In this document: positions 27,099 through 36,400 of the stretch, piece after piece
How the letters are laid out: each line of letters starts with the position of its first letter
How positions within the stretch are numbered: the first letter of the stretch is position 1
Source of the DNA: Desulfosudaceae bacterium
Lineage (GTDB): Bacteria > Desulfobacterota > Desulfobacteria > Desulfobacterales > Desulfosudaceae
Assembly (NCBI GenBank): GCA_963674745.2
Contig: CAXXDV010000003.1
Location: forward strand, 672,001-736,000
Length of the DNA stretch: 64,000 nt
Reading direction: 5' to 3'
Notes under the pieces: generated by a model
What the model saw: the letters and a program-made list of their open reading frames with translations, nothing else
Databases searched by the model: none
What the model was told of the DNA's origin: nothing
Made by a program: the position numbers and the translations under genes

Positions 27099-27935
27099 AT
27101 GAAATGGAGACAGTTTTTCACGCCTGTTAAATCCATGGACAGCGCACAAGCCCGGGAGATGATTGAGAACACGCCCCGGGAAGATATTTCTATTATTGAT
27201 GTGCGTCAGCCCGGTGAGTATAAGTCCGGTCATATTCCCGGCGCCCGTTTGATCCCGGTGGGTGAACTGGGTAACCGGCTGAACGAAATACCGGCTGATA
27301 AACCGGCTGTGGTTTATTGTGCTGTCGGCGGCCGCAGCCGGGTAGCGGCCCAGATGATGGCCGCCAAAGGGTTTTCCGATGTCATTAACCTGGCCGGAGG
27401 TTTCAAGGCCTGGAAGGGTAATGCGGCTGTCGGACCGGTGGACCAGGGCCTGGATTTTTTTTCAGGTCAGGAAACCATCGACCAGATACTGGCGGTGGCT
27501 TATTCCATTGAAGATGGTTTAAGGGATTTTTATCTCATCATGGCCGAAAAGGTCCGAAACGCTGAAGCCGCCGACCTGTTTGCAAAACTGGCGGAAATAG
27601 AAGTCAAACACCAGGATCGCGTCTACGGGATTTATAAAGCCCTGGCCGACCAGCCTATGCCAAGGGAGGCTTTTGTCACCGACCGGGTCGGTAATGTGAT
27701 TGAAGGCGGCCTGACGACCGAAGCCTATATCGCCATGTTCAAACCCGATATGGAATCGGTTGTCGATATTATCAGCCTGGCCATGTCCATCGAAGCCCAG
27801 GCCCTGGATCTTTATTCCCGGGCGGCTGAAGCGGTTACCCCTCCTGAGGGGCAGAAGGCGCTGGCACAGCTGGCCGATGAGGAACGGACGCATATCAGGC
27901 GGCTGGGAGAATTGATTGATGGGCTGTCTGAATAA
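27099..27935 (+). CDS. Rhodanese domain + ferritin-like (rubrerythrin) domain fusion
   Basis: IDVRQPGEY..GHIPGA, YCAVGGRS, NLAGGFKAW; then two E..FY/LY...LAxxExxH half-domains. Confidence 0.88.
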   Translation: MKWRQFFTPVKSMDSAQAREMIENTPREDISIIDVRQPGEYKSGHIPGARLIPVGELGNRLNEIPADKPAVVYCAVGGRSRVAAQMMAAKGFSDVINLAGGFKAWKGNAAVGPVDQGLDFFSGQETIDQILAVAYSIEDGLRDFYLIMAEKVRNAEAADLFAKLAEIEVKHQDRVYGIYKALADQPMPREAFVTDRVGNVIEGGLTTEAYIAMFKPDMESVVDIISLAMSIEAQALDLYSRAAEAVTPPEGQKALAQLADEERTHIRRLGELIDGLSE

Positions 27936-27942
27936 TACAGGC

Positions 27943-27999
27943 TCTTCTCCAATTTAATGTGCACAAAGGGTTCAAGGATTCAAGGGGTCGAGGGCTCAA
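27943..27999. repeat. Dispersed intergenic repeat, copy 2
   Basis: Matches 7095..7143 with one extra 8-nt unit (ATTCAAGG). Confidence 0.8.
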
Positions 28000-28054
28000 G
28001 TGTTTGTCATTGAAAGTTTTATGAATGCTAAACACATAATTTTTACAAAAGTTC

Positions 28055-29194
28055 ATGAAAGGTCCGGATATGGGGCATCTAGTATTAGCTGGCGGCGGTC
28101 ATGCCCACATGGTAACGCTGGAACATATTGATGATTTTGTCGGTCGCGGACACCGGGTCACGGTTATCGGCCCTTCGCCATATCATTATTATTCGGGTAT
28201 GGGGCCGGGCATGCTGGGTGGTTTTTATTCTCCGGACGATATCCGTTTTGCTACCCGACTGGTTACTGAAAAAAAAGGCGGGACGTTCGTGCATGACAGG
28301 GTTGAGCGTATCGACCCTGCAGAGAAAAGAGTCCACCTGGCATCCGGTGACACCATTGATTATGACGTTCTCTCCTGTAACCTGGGCAGTCAGGTGCCTG
28401 GGGATCTGATTACAAACGATTATGGTGACATCTACGCGGTCAAACCCATCGAAAAACTGCTTGAAGCACGGCAGCGGGCCATCGAAATCATGTCCGACAA
28501 TCAGGCTTCTATCGCTGTTGCCGGCGGTGGGCCGGCGGCATCCGAGATCGCGGGTAATATTTATCACCTGGCCAAAACCACGGGCAAGGCCATGCCTACC
28601 ATATACATGTGTGCCGGAAAAGGGTTTATGGGCCGGTTTCCTGAATCGGTCCGCAGCCGTGTTTATCACTCGCTGACCGAACGGGGTATTATTGTTGATG
28701 AATCCGGTTACGTTAAATCCATCGAAACCGGTGCCGTCACACTTGAGTCGGCTAAGATTATCGCCGCGGACCTGATTTTTGTGGCCCTGGGGGTGAAGCC
28801 ATCGCCGGTTTTCGCCGCTTCCGGTCTGCCGCTCGGTCCTGACGGCGGCCTGCTGGTCAACCAATTCCTGCAATCGCCGAAATATCCCGAAATTTTCGGC
28901 GGCGGTGACTGTATCTATTTTGAACCCCGTCCACTTGACAAGGTCGGTGTTTTTGCGGTCCGGCAGAATCCTGTTCTGTGTCATAATTTGATGGCAACCC
29001 TTGAAGACCAATCGTTGAAACCGTTTGACCCGGGCGGAGATTACCTGCTGATTTTCAACCTGGGCGATCGCCGGGGCGTGCTCAAAAAGAAATGGCTGAC
29101 CTTCAGCGGCCGGTCGGCATTCATGCTCAAGGATTATATCGACCGCCGGTTCATGAAAAAATTCCAGCGCATGGAGAAAAGTCAAAAGGCTTAA
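28055..29194 (+). CDS. FAD/NAD(P)-dependent pyridine nucleotide-disulfide-type oxidoreductase (resembles the N-terminal domain of SelD fusions)
   Basis: LAGGGHAH, YSGMGPG, VKPIE, GGGPAASE, GGGDC, KVGVFAVRQ, LKDYIDRRFM. Confidence 0.85.
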   Translation: MKGPDMGHLVLAGGGHAHMVTLEHIDDFVGRGHRVTVIGPSPYHYYSGMGPGMLGGFYSPDDIRFATRLVTEKKGGTFVHDRVERIDPAEKRVHLASGDTIDYDVLSCNLGSQVPGDLITNDYGDIYAVKPIEKLLEARQRAIEIMSDNQASIAVAGGGPAASEIAGNIYHLAKTTGKAMPTIYMCAGKGFMGRFPESVRSRVYHSLTERGIIVDESGYVKSIETGAVTLESAKIIAADLIFVALGVKPSPVFAASGLPLGPDGGLLVNQFLQSPKYPEIFGGGDCIYFEPRPLDKVGVFAVRQNPVLCHNLMATLEDQSLKPFDPGGDYLLIFNLGDRRGVLKKKWLTFSGRSAFMLKDYIDRRFMKKFQRMEKSQKA

Positions 29195-29253
29195 ACGCCG
29201 CAAAGAAAAAGTTTTTAACGATAAAAAAGTAAATGGAAAACAGGGTATCCCGG

Positions 29254-29940
29254 TCAGGGGTAGTATTTTTTCAGTTTTTCCGGATGAACACCGGCGTAGA
29301 ACAGGGTGGATAATATCCAGTTACGCAGGGTGGTATAAATCAGGCCTTCTTTTTTCCAGCGCCGGGCGGAAGTCGTCACCGGCTCGGGGATCAACCGGAT
29401 GCGATAACCGCGTTTCTTGATTCGCCGCATGAGGTCGATATCTTCCATGAGCGGCATCTCTGTAAACCCGCCCAGTTCCCTGAAACAGCCGGCTTTTATG
29501 AATATGGCCTGATCACCGTAAGGGATATGTGTGAGGCGGGAGCGAATCGAGGCGGCCTTTTCGATGATTCGAAAAGCCGGTCCGGGCGCATCTATGGCAA
29601 GGTCAAAGGCCCCGCCCACGGTCCCTGAATCGCGACAAACGTCCAGGATCGACCTGACAGCGGTTTCGGGCAGAATCGTGTCAGCATGAAGAAACAGCAG
29701 GATCTCTCCGGCGGCTTTTTCCGCGCCGGCGTTCATCTGGACGCTTCGGCCTGATGAGGCCTTTGTTTTGGTGACATCCGGGTCGGCAATCGCCCGCAGG
29801 GTGGTCTCCGACGGGTCTCCATCCACCACGATGATTTCCGTATCGGCATTTTTGTCCGTTGTCTTTATTTGAACAATTGTCCGATTGATCCGGTCAGCCT
29901 CGTCAAGCGCGGGGATAATTATGGATATCATCGGTTTCAT
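29254..29940 (-). CDS. TIGR04283-type GT2 glycosyltransferase (rSAM/selenodomain-associated, 'arsenosugar' family)
   Basis: SIIIPAL.E, GRSVQMNAGA, LFLHADT, PYGDQAIF, LMED, TSARRW. Confidence 0.92.
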   Translation of the reverse strand: MKPMISIIIPALDEADRINRTIVQIKTTDKNADTEIIVVDGDPSETTLRAIADPDVTKTKASSGRSVQMNAGAEKAAGEILLFLHADTILPETAVRSILDVCRDSGTVGGAFDLAIDAPGPAFRIIEKAASIRSRLTHIPYGDQAIFIKAGCFRELGGFTEMPLMEDIDLMRRIKKRGYRIRLIPEPVTTSARRWKKEGLIYTTLRNWILSTLFYAGVHPEKLKKYYP

Positions 29941-29966
29941 AAGCCGGTAGAACGGTTCGGAATCGG

Positions 29967-30770
29967 TCAGGGCTGGTCAGCGTTCGTGCCTGATTTGAAA
30001 ATGATATCGCCGTAAAAGGCGGTTGTTGCCTCGCCGGTGTTGTCTGAATCGGTCATGATGGCCACCCCGGAAATCATGGGGGGCGGCTGACCGAAACTGT
30101 CCACATAATCCTGATAGATATTTCTTTCTTCATTGACCCAGGTACCGGCCTTGTCCGGTCCGCTTTCCACGACAATCATCATGACCCGGTCGGTATAGGG
30201 GTTGGTTACCCGGGTGCCTTTTGCCGTCCGGCTTTCCCAGATATAATTGATGGCTCCGATGGGGGGATACTCGCCGTAAAGAATCCGGACTGTCTCAAAT
30301 TTTGCCTTTTCCAGAAACCCCACCCGATCGGCGTCATACTCAAAAGCAATATATATCCGGACCGGATAGTCATCACCGCTTTTTTTGGTAACATCTCCGT
30401 TTTCATATACACCGGTGATTTTCCAGTTCCACTGGATGACGGGATATTCCCGCGGGTCAATCCGCATTTTACGGATCAGCCCGGAAGCCGAAGCCTTGCT
30501 TTTGGCCCGGATGACGGTTTTCCCGTCTTCAACAACCGCTTCATACAGGGTATGATTGTCGATTTTTTTGAACGTCAACGGCTCCCAGTTTTCCGGAAGC
30601 CGGTCGGCCGCAGCGACAGCATTGGAAAAATCGCCCACCTTCAACACCTCTTCAGCTTTGATCCATCCGGGCTGAAAAAGTGCCATCAGGATAACCGCCA
30701 GTCCGCATAATGATATATTCTTTATATCGTTCATTTGTTGTAACCCCGTTGGTTGTATTACAGTCATCAC
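29967..30770 (-). CDS. DUF3047 domain exported protein
   Basis: SKASASGL, WNWK, DDYPVRIY, INYIW, AIMTDSDNTG motifs; start uncertain (30770 GTG or 30734 ATG). Confidence 0.87.
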   Translation of the reverse strand: MMTVIQPTGLQQMNDIKNISLCGLAVILMALFQPGWIKAEEVLKVGDFSNAVAAADRLPENWEPLTFKKIDNHTLYEAVVEDGKTVIRAKSKASASGLIRKMRIDPREYPVIQWNWKITGVYENGDVTKKSGDDYPVRIYIAFEYDADRVGFLEKAKFETVRILYGEYPPIGAINYIWESRTAKGTRVTNPYTDRVMMIVVESGPDKAGTWVNEERNIYQDYVDSFGQPPPMISGVAIMTDSDNTGEATTAFYGDIIFKSGTNADQP

Positions 30771-31459
30771 TTGATCTTTGCCTGTTGCAGGTAAGCCCGG
30801 GTGTGTTTGGCCAGCCCGGGGACTTCTTTCAGCGTCAGTGACAGGTTGTCAAGGTCTACGATGGTGTCAATATCCCGCCAGACCGGCAATATTATGGGCA
30901 CGATACCATTATCCCGGAACCGCTTCAGGGTGTTACTCAAAACCGTATCCGTTCCCCAGGAAATGTTGTCAAAAATTTCCGGTAGAAAACCGTCTGCCGT
31001 AAATCCGATCAGGTAATATCCGCCGTCCCGGCTGGGCCCGATGACGGCCGAGTTTTCCTTTAAACGATCAAAGGCTTCATCGATAATTTCCGGCAAAAGA
31101 TCGGGTAAATCAGAACCGATGATAATGGCCCGTTTAAAGCCCGCAAAAAATGTTTCAGCCAGGGCGTTTTTCATTTTTTCGCCCAGATTGTCGCCAGTTT
31201 GCGGGAAAATATCAAACCCGTCGCCCAGCCAGGACCGGATTTGATCGCCGGCCCGGGCCGGATAATAATAGACGCTGATATTCAAGCCGGTGGATTGAGC
31301 CATGGTCAGGACATCCGCAACAAAGCATCGATAGAGTTCCAGGGCGGCCGCATCACCGATTGATTCGGCCAGACGGGTTTTGACCGCGCCTTTTATTGGT
31401 GCCTTGAGAAAAAGAATAATGCGGAAGTCTTCTGATGTTTCATTTTGTTGTGTTGTCAT
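30767..31459 (-). CDS. TIGR04282-type (DUF2064) transferase (rSAM/selenodomain-associated, 'arsenosugar' family)
   Basis: KAP..GAVKTRL, QTGDNLGEKM, IIGSDLP, GPSRDGGYYLIG, WGT, DIDT..DL. Confidence 0.92.
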   Translation of the reverse strand: MTTQQNETSEDFRIILFLKAPIKGAVKTRLAESIGDAAALELYRCFVADVLTMAQSTGLNISVYYYPARAGDQIRSWLGDGFDIFPQTGDNLGEKMKNALAETFFAGFKRAIIIGSDLPDLLPEIIDEAFDRLKENSAVIGPSRDGGYYLIGFTADGFLPEIFDNISWGTDTVLSNTLKRFRDNGIVPIILPVWRDIDTIVDLDNLSLTLKEVPGLAKHTRAYLQQAKIK

Positions 31460-31464
31460 AAGGC

Positions 31465-32988
31465 TTACTTGACGAATTCAAAGCTCTGATCAAAAAGGTC
31501 AGGGTCTGAAAAATAGGCTTTGCCGACCAGTTTCAATGCATGATGGCTGCGCTGGCGCATGCTGCCGACCTTGGGAATCCCCATGGAAAAAAGCAATAGC
31601 GGCTCTATGCGTTTTGAATTTTTGGCGATGCCGTGCCGGTTGAACATGCTTGCAAAGGTGCCGTCGGACGCGGGCAGCATCTCAAGAGACTTATAAGGGA
31701 CAAGCCGGTAGGGGATGTCCTTTGCCGGGGGCGGTTCGTAAGACAGACCGACCACCTGGTGCCAGTCGGCGTTGACATGGACATTGAGCGGGGTCCCGGA
31801 GAAGGATTCCGGCAGTCCGGCTGGCGCAAAGGCGTCTATGGTCAGGGACTGCGGTCTGACGGCCTTGACGGACCCGTCGGCCGGGACAAAAAAATGGTAA
31901 CAGCCGCAGTTGTTCATGATATCCACCATCACCGGCCGTCCGTCCTGCCCCAGGCTGATGCGGAAGGTCAGCCCGTCCAGCGTTCCTCTTTCAATCGATG
32001 GCGCGCCGGGTCCTGTCCGGGCCGGATACCACACCACATAGTTGATTTGAAGAACCGGTTGTCCGTTATAAAAGGCATTGGTGAAATAATAGTACATGGT
32101 CGGCCGGTCACCGGCCACGATGATATTATGCTCCTGCCATTTGATGGCACCGATACGGTCGTCATCACCACGGATATCCTGGGTCAGAACCGGCGCGAAG
32201 GCTGTGGCCAGCACCTGTTGGGTGTTTTCATTGGGTCGGGGGACGGACAGGGCATTGTTTGATGCTTTGAGTATCATCCGTTTGATCTCCTCGGTCGAAA
32301 GATCATAGCGCTGGTCCGGTATATAGGAAATCCAAGTCCCCCCGGGCAAAATGTTGTCAGTTTTCCTGTTGAGCCAGCGCGTCATCCGTTTATGGGCTTT
32401 TTTGGTCAGAAAAGCGACCGGCAGGGCGGCCAGGGGATAGACCCCGGCCACACGCATGGTGGTTTTATATTCACTCGGGCATTGGACCGCCTCTGACAAG
32501 GATTCATAAAATCCAGGCAGACTTCGATGTGCGGACAGCAGGCTGGCGGCACACGTTTCGGCATGGGTGGATAATGCCGCGATCGTGGGTGATAAACCCG
32601 CCCTGTCTGCCAGTTCTTGTCGTGCCTGTTTTGGCAGGCAGGCAATCTCGGTGTATCTGGCCCTGGTGTCCCGGGCTCGCATCCAGTCGACCCATACATC
32701 TTTTTCCGCCTGATTGGCAACACGGTTTTTCAGTCCGCATAAAAAACGGTCGGTTCTAAGATACGGAAAACCTTCCAGCCGGAACACGGCGGCATTGTTG
32801 ACACCCGCCTCGGCCACTGCTTTATCCAGGTCCATAAGAAAAGCCGCGCTGGCGGCTGTATCATCGCCAGCCGGAAAAACAGAGGGTTTTACACCCGGCG
32901 CGCAGGCACTTAAAGACAGTGCGCCTATGATGATAATGAACAGAATTTGAAACCGTTGTTTAAACTGTTTCGTGCTTAAAAATCTCAT
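31465..32988 (-). CDS. Uncharacterised lipoprotein
   Basis: Lipobox LSAC; motifs FPYLR, QINYVVWYP.R, NNCGCYHFF, MRQ..HHA. Confidence 0.8.
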   Translation of the reverse strand: MRFLSTKQFKQRFQILFIIIIGALSLSACAPGVKPSVFPAGDDTAASAAFLMDLDKAVAEAGVNNAAVFRLEGFPYLRTDRFLCGLKNRVANQAEKDVWVDWMRARDTRARYTEIACLPKQARQELADRAGLSPTIAALSTHAETCAASLLSAHRSLPGFYESLSEAVQCPSEYKTTMRVAGVYPLAALPVAFLTKKAHKRMTRWLNRKTDNILPGGTWISYIPDQRYDLSTEEIKRMILKASNNALSVPRPNENTQQVLATAFAPVLTQDIRGDDDRIGAIKWQEHNIIVAGDRPTMYYYFTNAFYNGQPVLQINYVVWYPARTGPGAPSIERGTLDGLTFRISLGQDGRPVMVDIMNNCGCYHFFVPADGSVKAVRPQSLTIDAFAPAGLPESFSGTPLNVHVNADWHQVVGLSYEPPPAKDIPYRLVPYKSLEMLPASDGTFASMFNRHGIAKNSKRIEPLLLFSMGIPKVGSMRQRSHHALKLVGKAYFSDPDLFDQSFEFVK

Positions 32989-33238
32989 CTGTCTTTAGTC
33001 CTTTCGGAATTTTAGACCTTTTTAAATACCCTCCTAACTGATCATCAGATGTTTTTGACCGGTATTTTAATTTTATATAAGGTCTGTTGCCATCATTCGG
33101 ATGAAATCCGGTTTGGAGGTGTTCTCTTTCAAAGTTTTTTAGTTCTCTGAACGAGCCGTTGTTCTCGACGTAAACATATGGGTAAGGTATTTGTAGAGCC
33201 TCTTCTGGTGAAACAATTGCGCGAGAAAGTTTGTTCAT
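32960..33238 (-). CDS. Small AT-rich hypothetical protein
   Basis: 92-aa ORF, visibly more AT-rich than neighbours; overlaps the lipoprotein start by 29 nt. Confidence 0.6.
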   Translation of the reverse strand: MNKLSRAIVSPEEALQIPYPYVYVENNGSFRELKNFEREHLQTGFHPNDGNRPYIKLKYRSKTSDDQLGGYLKRSKIPKGLKTDEIFKHETV

Positions 33239-33354
33239 ATCTCTTTTAATTTGTGTTGTCCGCAGTGTGTTATTTTATTATCCCCTCATAATTGATTCTG
33301 CCTGATTTTTTGCGAAATTCAAGAGATTTATCCATAATTGTTTCCGCCCGTTAG

Positions 33355-33382
33355 AAGGGCACCCACAGGGGGGTGCCCCTAC
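33355..33382. repeat. GTAG-type REP (exact inverted copy of 26381..26408)
   Basis: AAGGGCACCCACAGGGGGGTGCCCCTAC. Confidence 0.85.
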
Positions 33383-33423
33383 AGTTTTACGGTTTGCGTT
33401 TTGCAGAATGAATCAAGAGCCCG

Positions 33424-33480
33424 GGGCATATTTTACAGGTGGCTTAAACCGCCGGCTATATGCCCACATCCCTTCGGGAT
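33424..33480. repeat. Double-hairpin extragenic palindrome
   Basis: GGGCATAT...ATATGCCC stem enclosing GGTGG-cttaaa-CCGCC, then ATCCC-ttc-GGGAT. Confidence 0.6.
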
Positions 33481-33496
33481 AAATTTGTACCGCCAA

Positions 33497-36400
33497 TTAA
33501 ATTTTAAAATAGGGGCAATCCTTCTGGATACACTCCCTGTTCCTGCCCTGCTGGCGGCACTGAACATCTCCGTCGGCCTTTAATGGCAGGGGCAGGTAGG
33601 TCTCGGATAATTCAGCCGCCGCCTTTAAAGCCGTCCAGACCTCACGCTGACAGCAGCGGGCGGCTTCCGTCCGGTTCAATCGGCTGATAATGGCTTCGGA
33701 AACCTTTTGAATGATCTGGCGGGGGCCGGGTGCGAGCGGGTTGCTTTTTAAAATAATGCCAAAGGCGATACCCACGCCCACGGCCGCGCCGCAGGTACCC
33801 CAGAATCCGCAGGCCCCGCCGGGTACGGCGCGTCCCCGTTCAATGGCGGTAACAATATCCTTTTCGGTCAGGTCGCCCCCCAGGTTTTTGTAAGTCGCGG
33901 TAATTACCCCCGGTACCGCAAAATGGTGCTCGGGACCGTGAACGGAAAAAGCCGGGTGCCGTCTGAGTTGATTGATCAGGTCGATCATGTCCACTAAGTC
34001 GGTATGGGTACAGACATGTTTGACAATATCGACCATGTCGCTGCCATGGCAACTGTCACAGACAAAGTGACCGTCTTCGCAGGCCGCGTTGGCCATGAGT
34101 TTATTCCCGCAGAAAACGCAGGTTTCCTGCCGGTCTTCGGAAAAATAGATCAGTGGCTTACCGCACAGCATGCAATCCCGACTGTGTTTTGGATCATTGT
34201 TCATAAAAAGAGCTGTAACGGGGGCCGGTTTGTCCCCGGCCGATCGACTGTCCTCAGGCGGAACGGAACAGTCACAACTCACAGCACCTTCAGGTGGTAT
34301 GCCACAGCTGCAGGCATTGGCTGCTTCTATGTTGTCGACATTGCCCATGGCATCGAGTTTGAAAATCGCTGAATCACCCTGGGCGTCATAGGGCCAGTTA
34401 ATTTCCGATACCTGTCCCCGCAGCAATAACTCTCCATCGTCGGTTACCACGGCCGCGTAAGGACCGGGATACATGGCCGGGGATTTTTCTTCCGGCATGG
34501 GCCGAAAGGCCGTATAGGTGACCGAATAAAAGTGGTGCCCCAGGACTTCTTTGTAGAAAAAACGTTTGACGATGCGGATATGGCAGAACCCGGCCGATTC
34601 CAGGATGGCGATCAGATGGGGCTGGACCAGGGCGCCGGCAATGCATTCTCCGCGCAGTTTGGCATCATTCTGAATGGCCGGCGGGCAGGGGGTGTCGGTG
34701 ACGACGTCGGAAATGAAGATCCGTCCCCCGGGCGTAAGAACTCGGAATATCTCGGAAAATGTCCGGCGCTTATCTTCGGAAAGGTTGATCACACAGTTGG
34801 ATATGACCACGTCAACCGTTTTGTCGCTTACGGGAAGCTGCTCGAGAAAGCCCTTTTTAAATTCGACGTTCCGGTATCCCAGGTTATCGGCCACTTCATC
34901 CATGGGGCGCCGGGCCAGGGCCAGCATATTGTCCAGCATATCGATGCCTGTCACCGAACCTTTCGGTCCGACCTTGCGGGCGGCAATGTAACATTCGACC
35001 CCGGCGCCCGAACCCAGGTCAACAACTGTTTCACCGGGTTTAATGGCGGCATCCAGCACCGGGCTGCCGCATCCGTATGAGCGGATCCGGGCTGCGGGCG
35101 GGATGTGCGGCATCTCGGCATCGGGATAACAGACCGGGTTGGTGATGTCTGTGTTCTCATCTTCTGCGGCGGTGGAATAAAATTCGCCGACAACCCCGCG
35201 GGTGCCGGAGAAAGTCAGTACGCAGTTGGAATGGGTCAGGGCAACACCTTCCCCTTCCTGAATGCAGTGCAGCAGTTTTTCCCCCATTTTTCGCCGGATC
35301 TGGGGCCAGGGCCGTTCTTCGACAATTTGGGCGGATTGAACCATCAGCCACAATGCCAGACGATTATAGAGCGGTACATAAGGATCATGACCGACATAGG
35401 CACCACCGGCATAATAGCTGTGGTCAATGTCGCCACCGCCGATGATATATTTCAGGGGGTTGGCATTGTAGTTGGTATCGCTCACGATGGATAATTCCCG
35501 AAGGGACGCCAGCGCCGGACTGTTTCGCCAGACGTTTTCCAGGTTTTCGGAAATGTGACCGCAGACCGTGTCTTTGCGGCCGATCAAGGCGGGGGTGGGG
35601 TAAACACTGCCGTTCGGGCCGATGGCCAGCGACTCCCAGCCGGCATTGCCAAGATCGTATCTGGTCCCCGGCGTGGAAAACACCTGGGCTGACAGGTTGG
35701 AGATATTATCGATGGTCACATTGTTTTTTTTCGCCAGGGCATGAGATTGAACCAGGTCGGAAAACAGTGCGTCGGCCGGCACATACGACAGGCCGGATGC
35801 CCGTCCGGTGTTCAGCAGCCACATGTAGTGGACGCTGTTGATGTTGTGCCGTGCGGCCAGTGACACCATGTCCGTCATCTGGTGCCGGTTATCGGGCGTA
35901 ACCGCCATGGAAAGGGTCGTCTGGAGGCCCAGCCCGTCAAGGGCCGTCAGCCCGTTTACGATTTTTGCAAATGATCCCTTGCCTCGCAGGTCGTCGTTGA
36001 CATCTTCAAGTCCGTCCAGGCTGACCTGGAGAAAAAGCCGGTCGGATGGCAGCGACTGTAAAAAGGACCGTTGTTCCGGTAGTAAAATGCCGTTGGTCAG
36101 GATGGCCAGCATGGTATCGGGAAAATCAAACAGAACCAGACGGCATATCTGTTGAAAGTCCGGATGAACAAGGGGCTCTCCACCGGTCAGGTAAAAGACG
36201 CGGGTGCCCAGGCCGTATGCATCAGAAACAACCGTCTTGATCGATTCCAGGGAAAGCGTCGTCTGTGTCTTTGCCGAGCATGAAAACAGGCAATGACGGC
36301 AGGACAGGTTGCATTGATCGGTAATATGCAGCCAGCATTCTTTCAAGTGGTTCAGTTGCAGAGCGCCGGCACGTCCGTCATAATCTTCGATTTCCGGAGA

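Noticed and set aside
28085..29203. 372-aa antisense ORF (similarly 12390..13313 and 36818..37609)
   Set aside because: Shadow frames opposite well-supported genes, with no motifs of their own.
32960..33300. Integron gene cassette
   Set aside because: No recognisable attC (RYYYAAC...GTTRRRY) around the AT-rich ORF and no integrase in the window.
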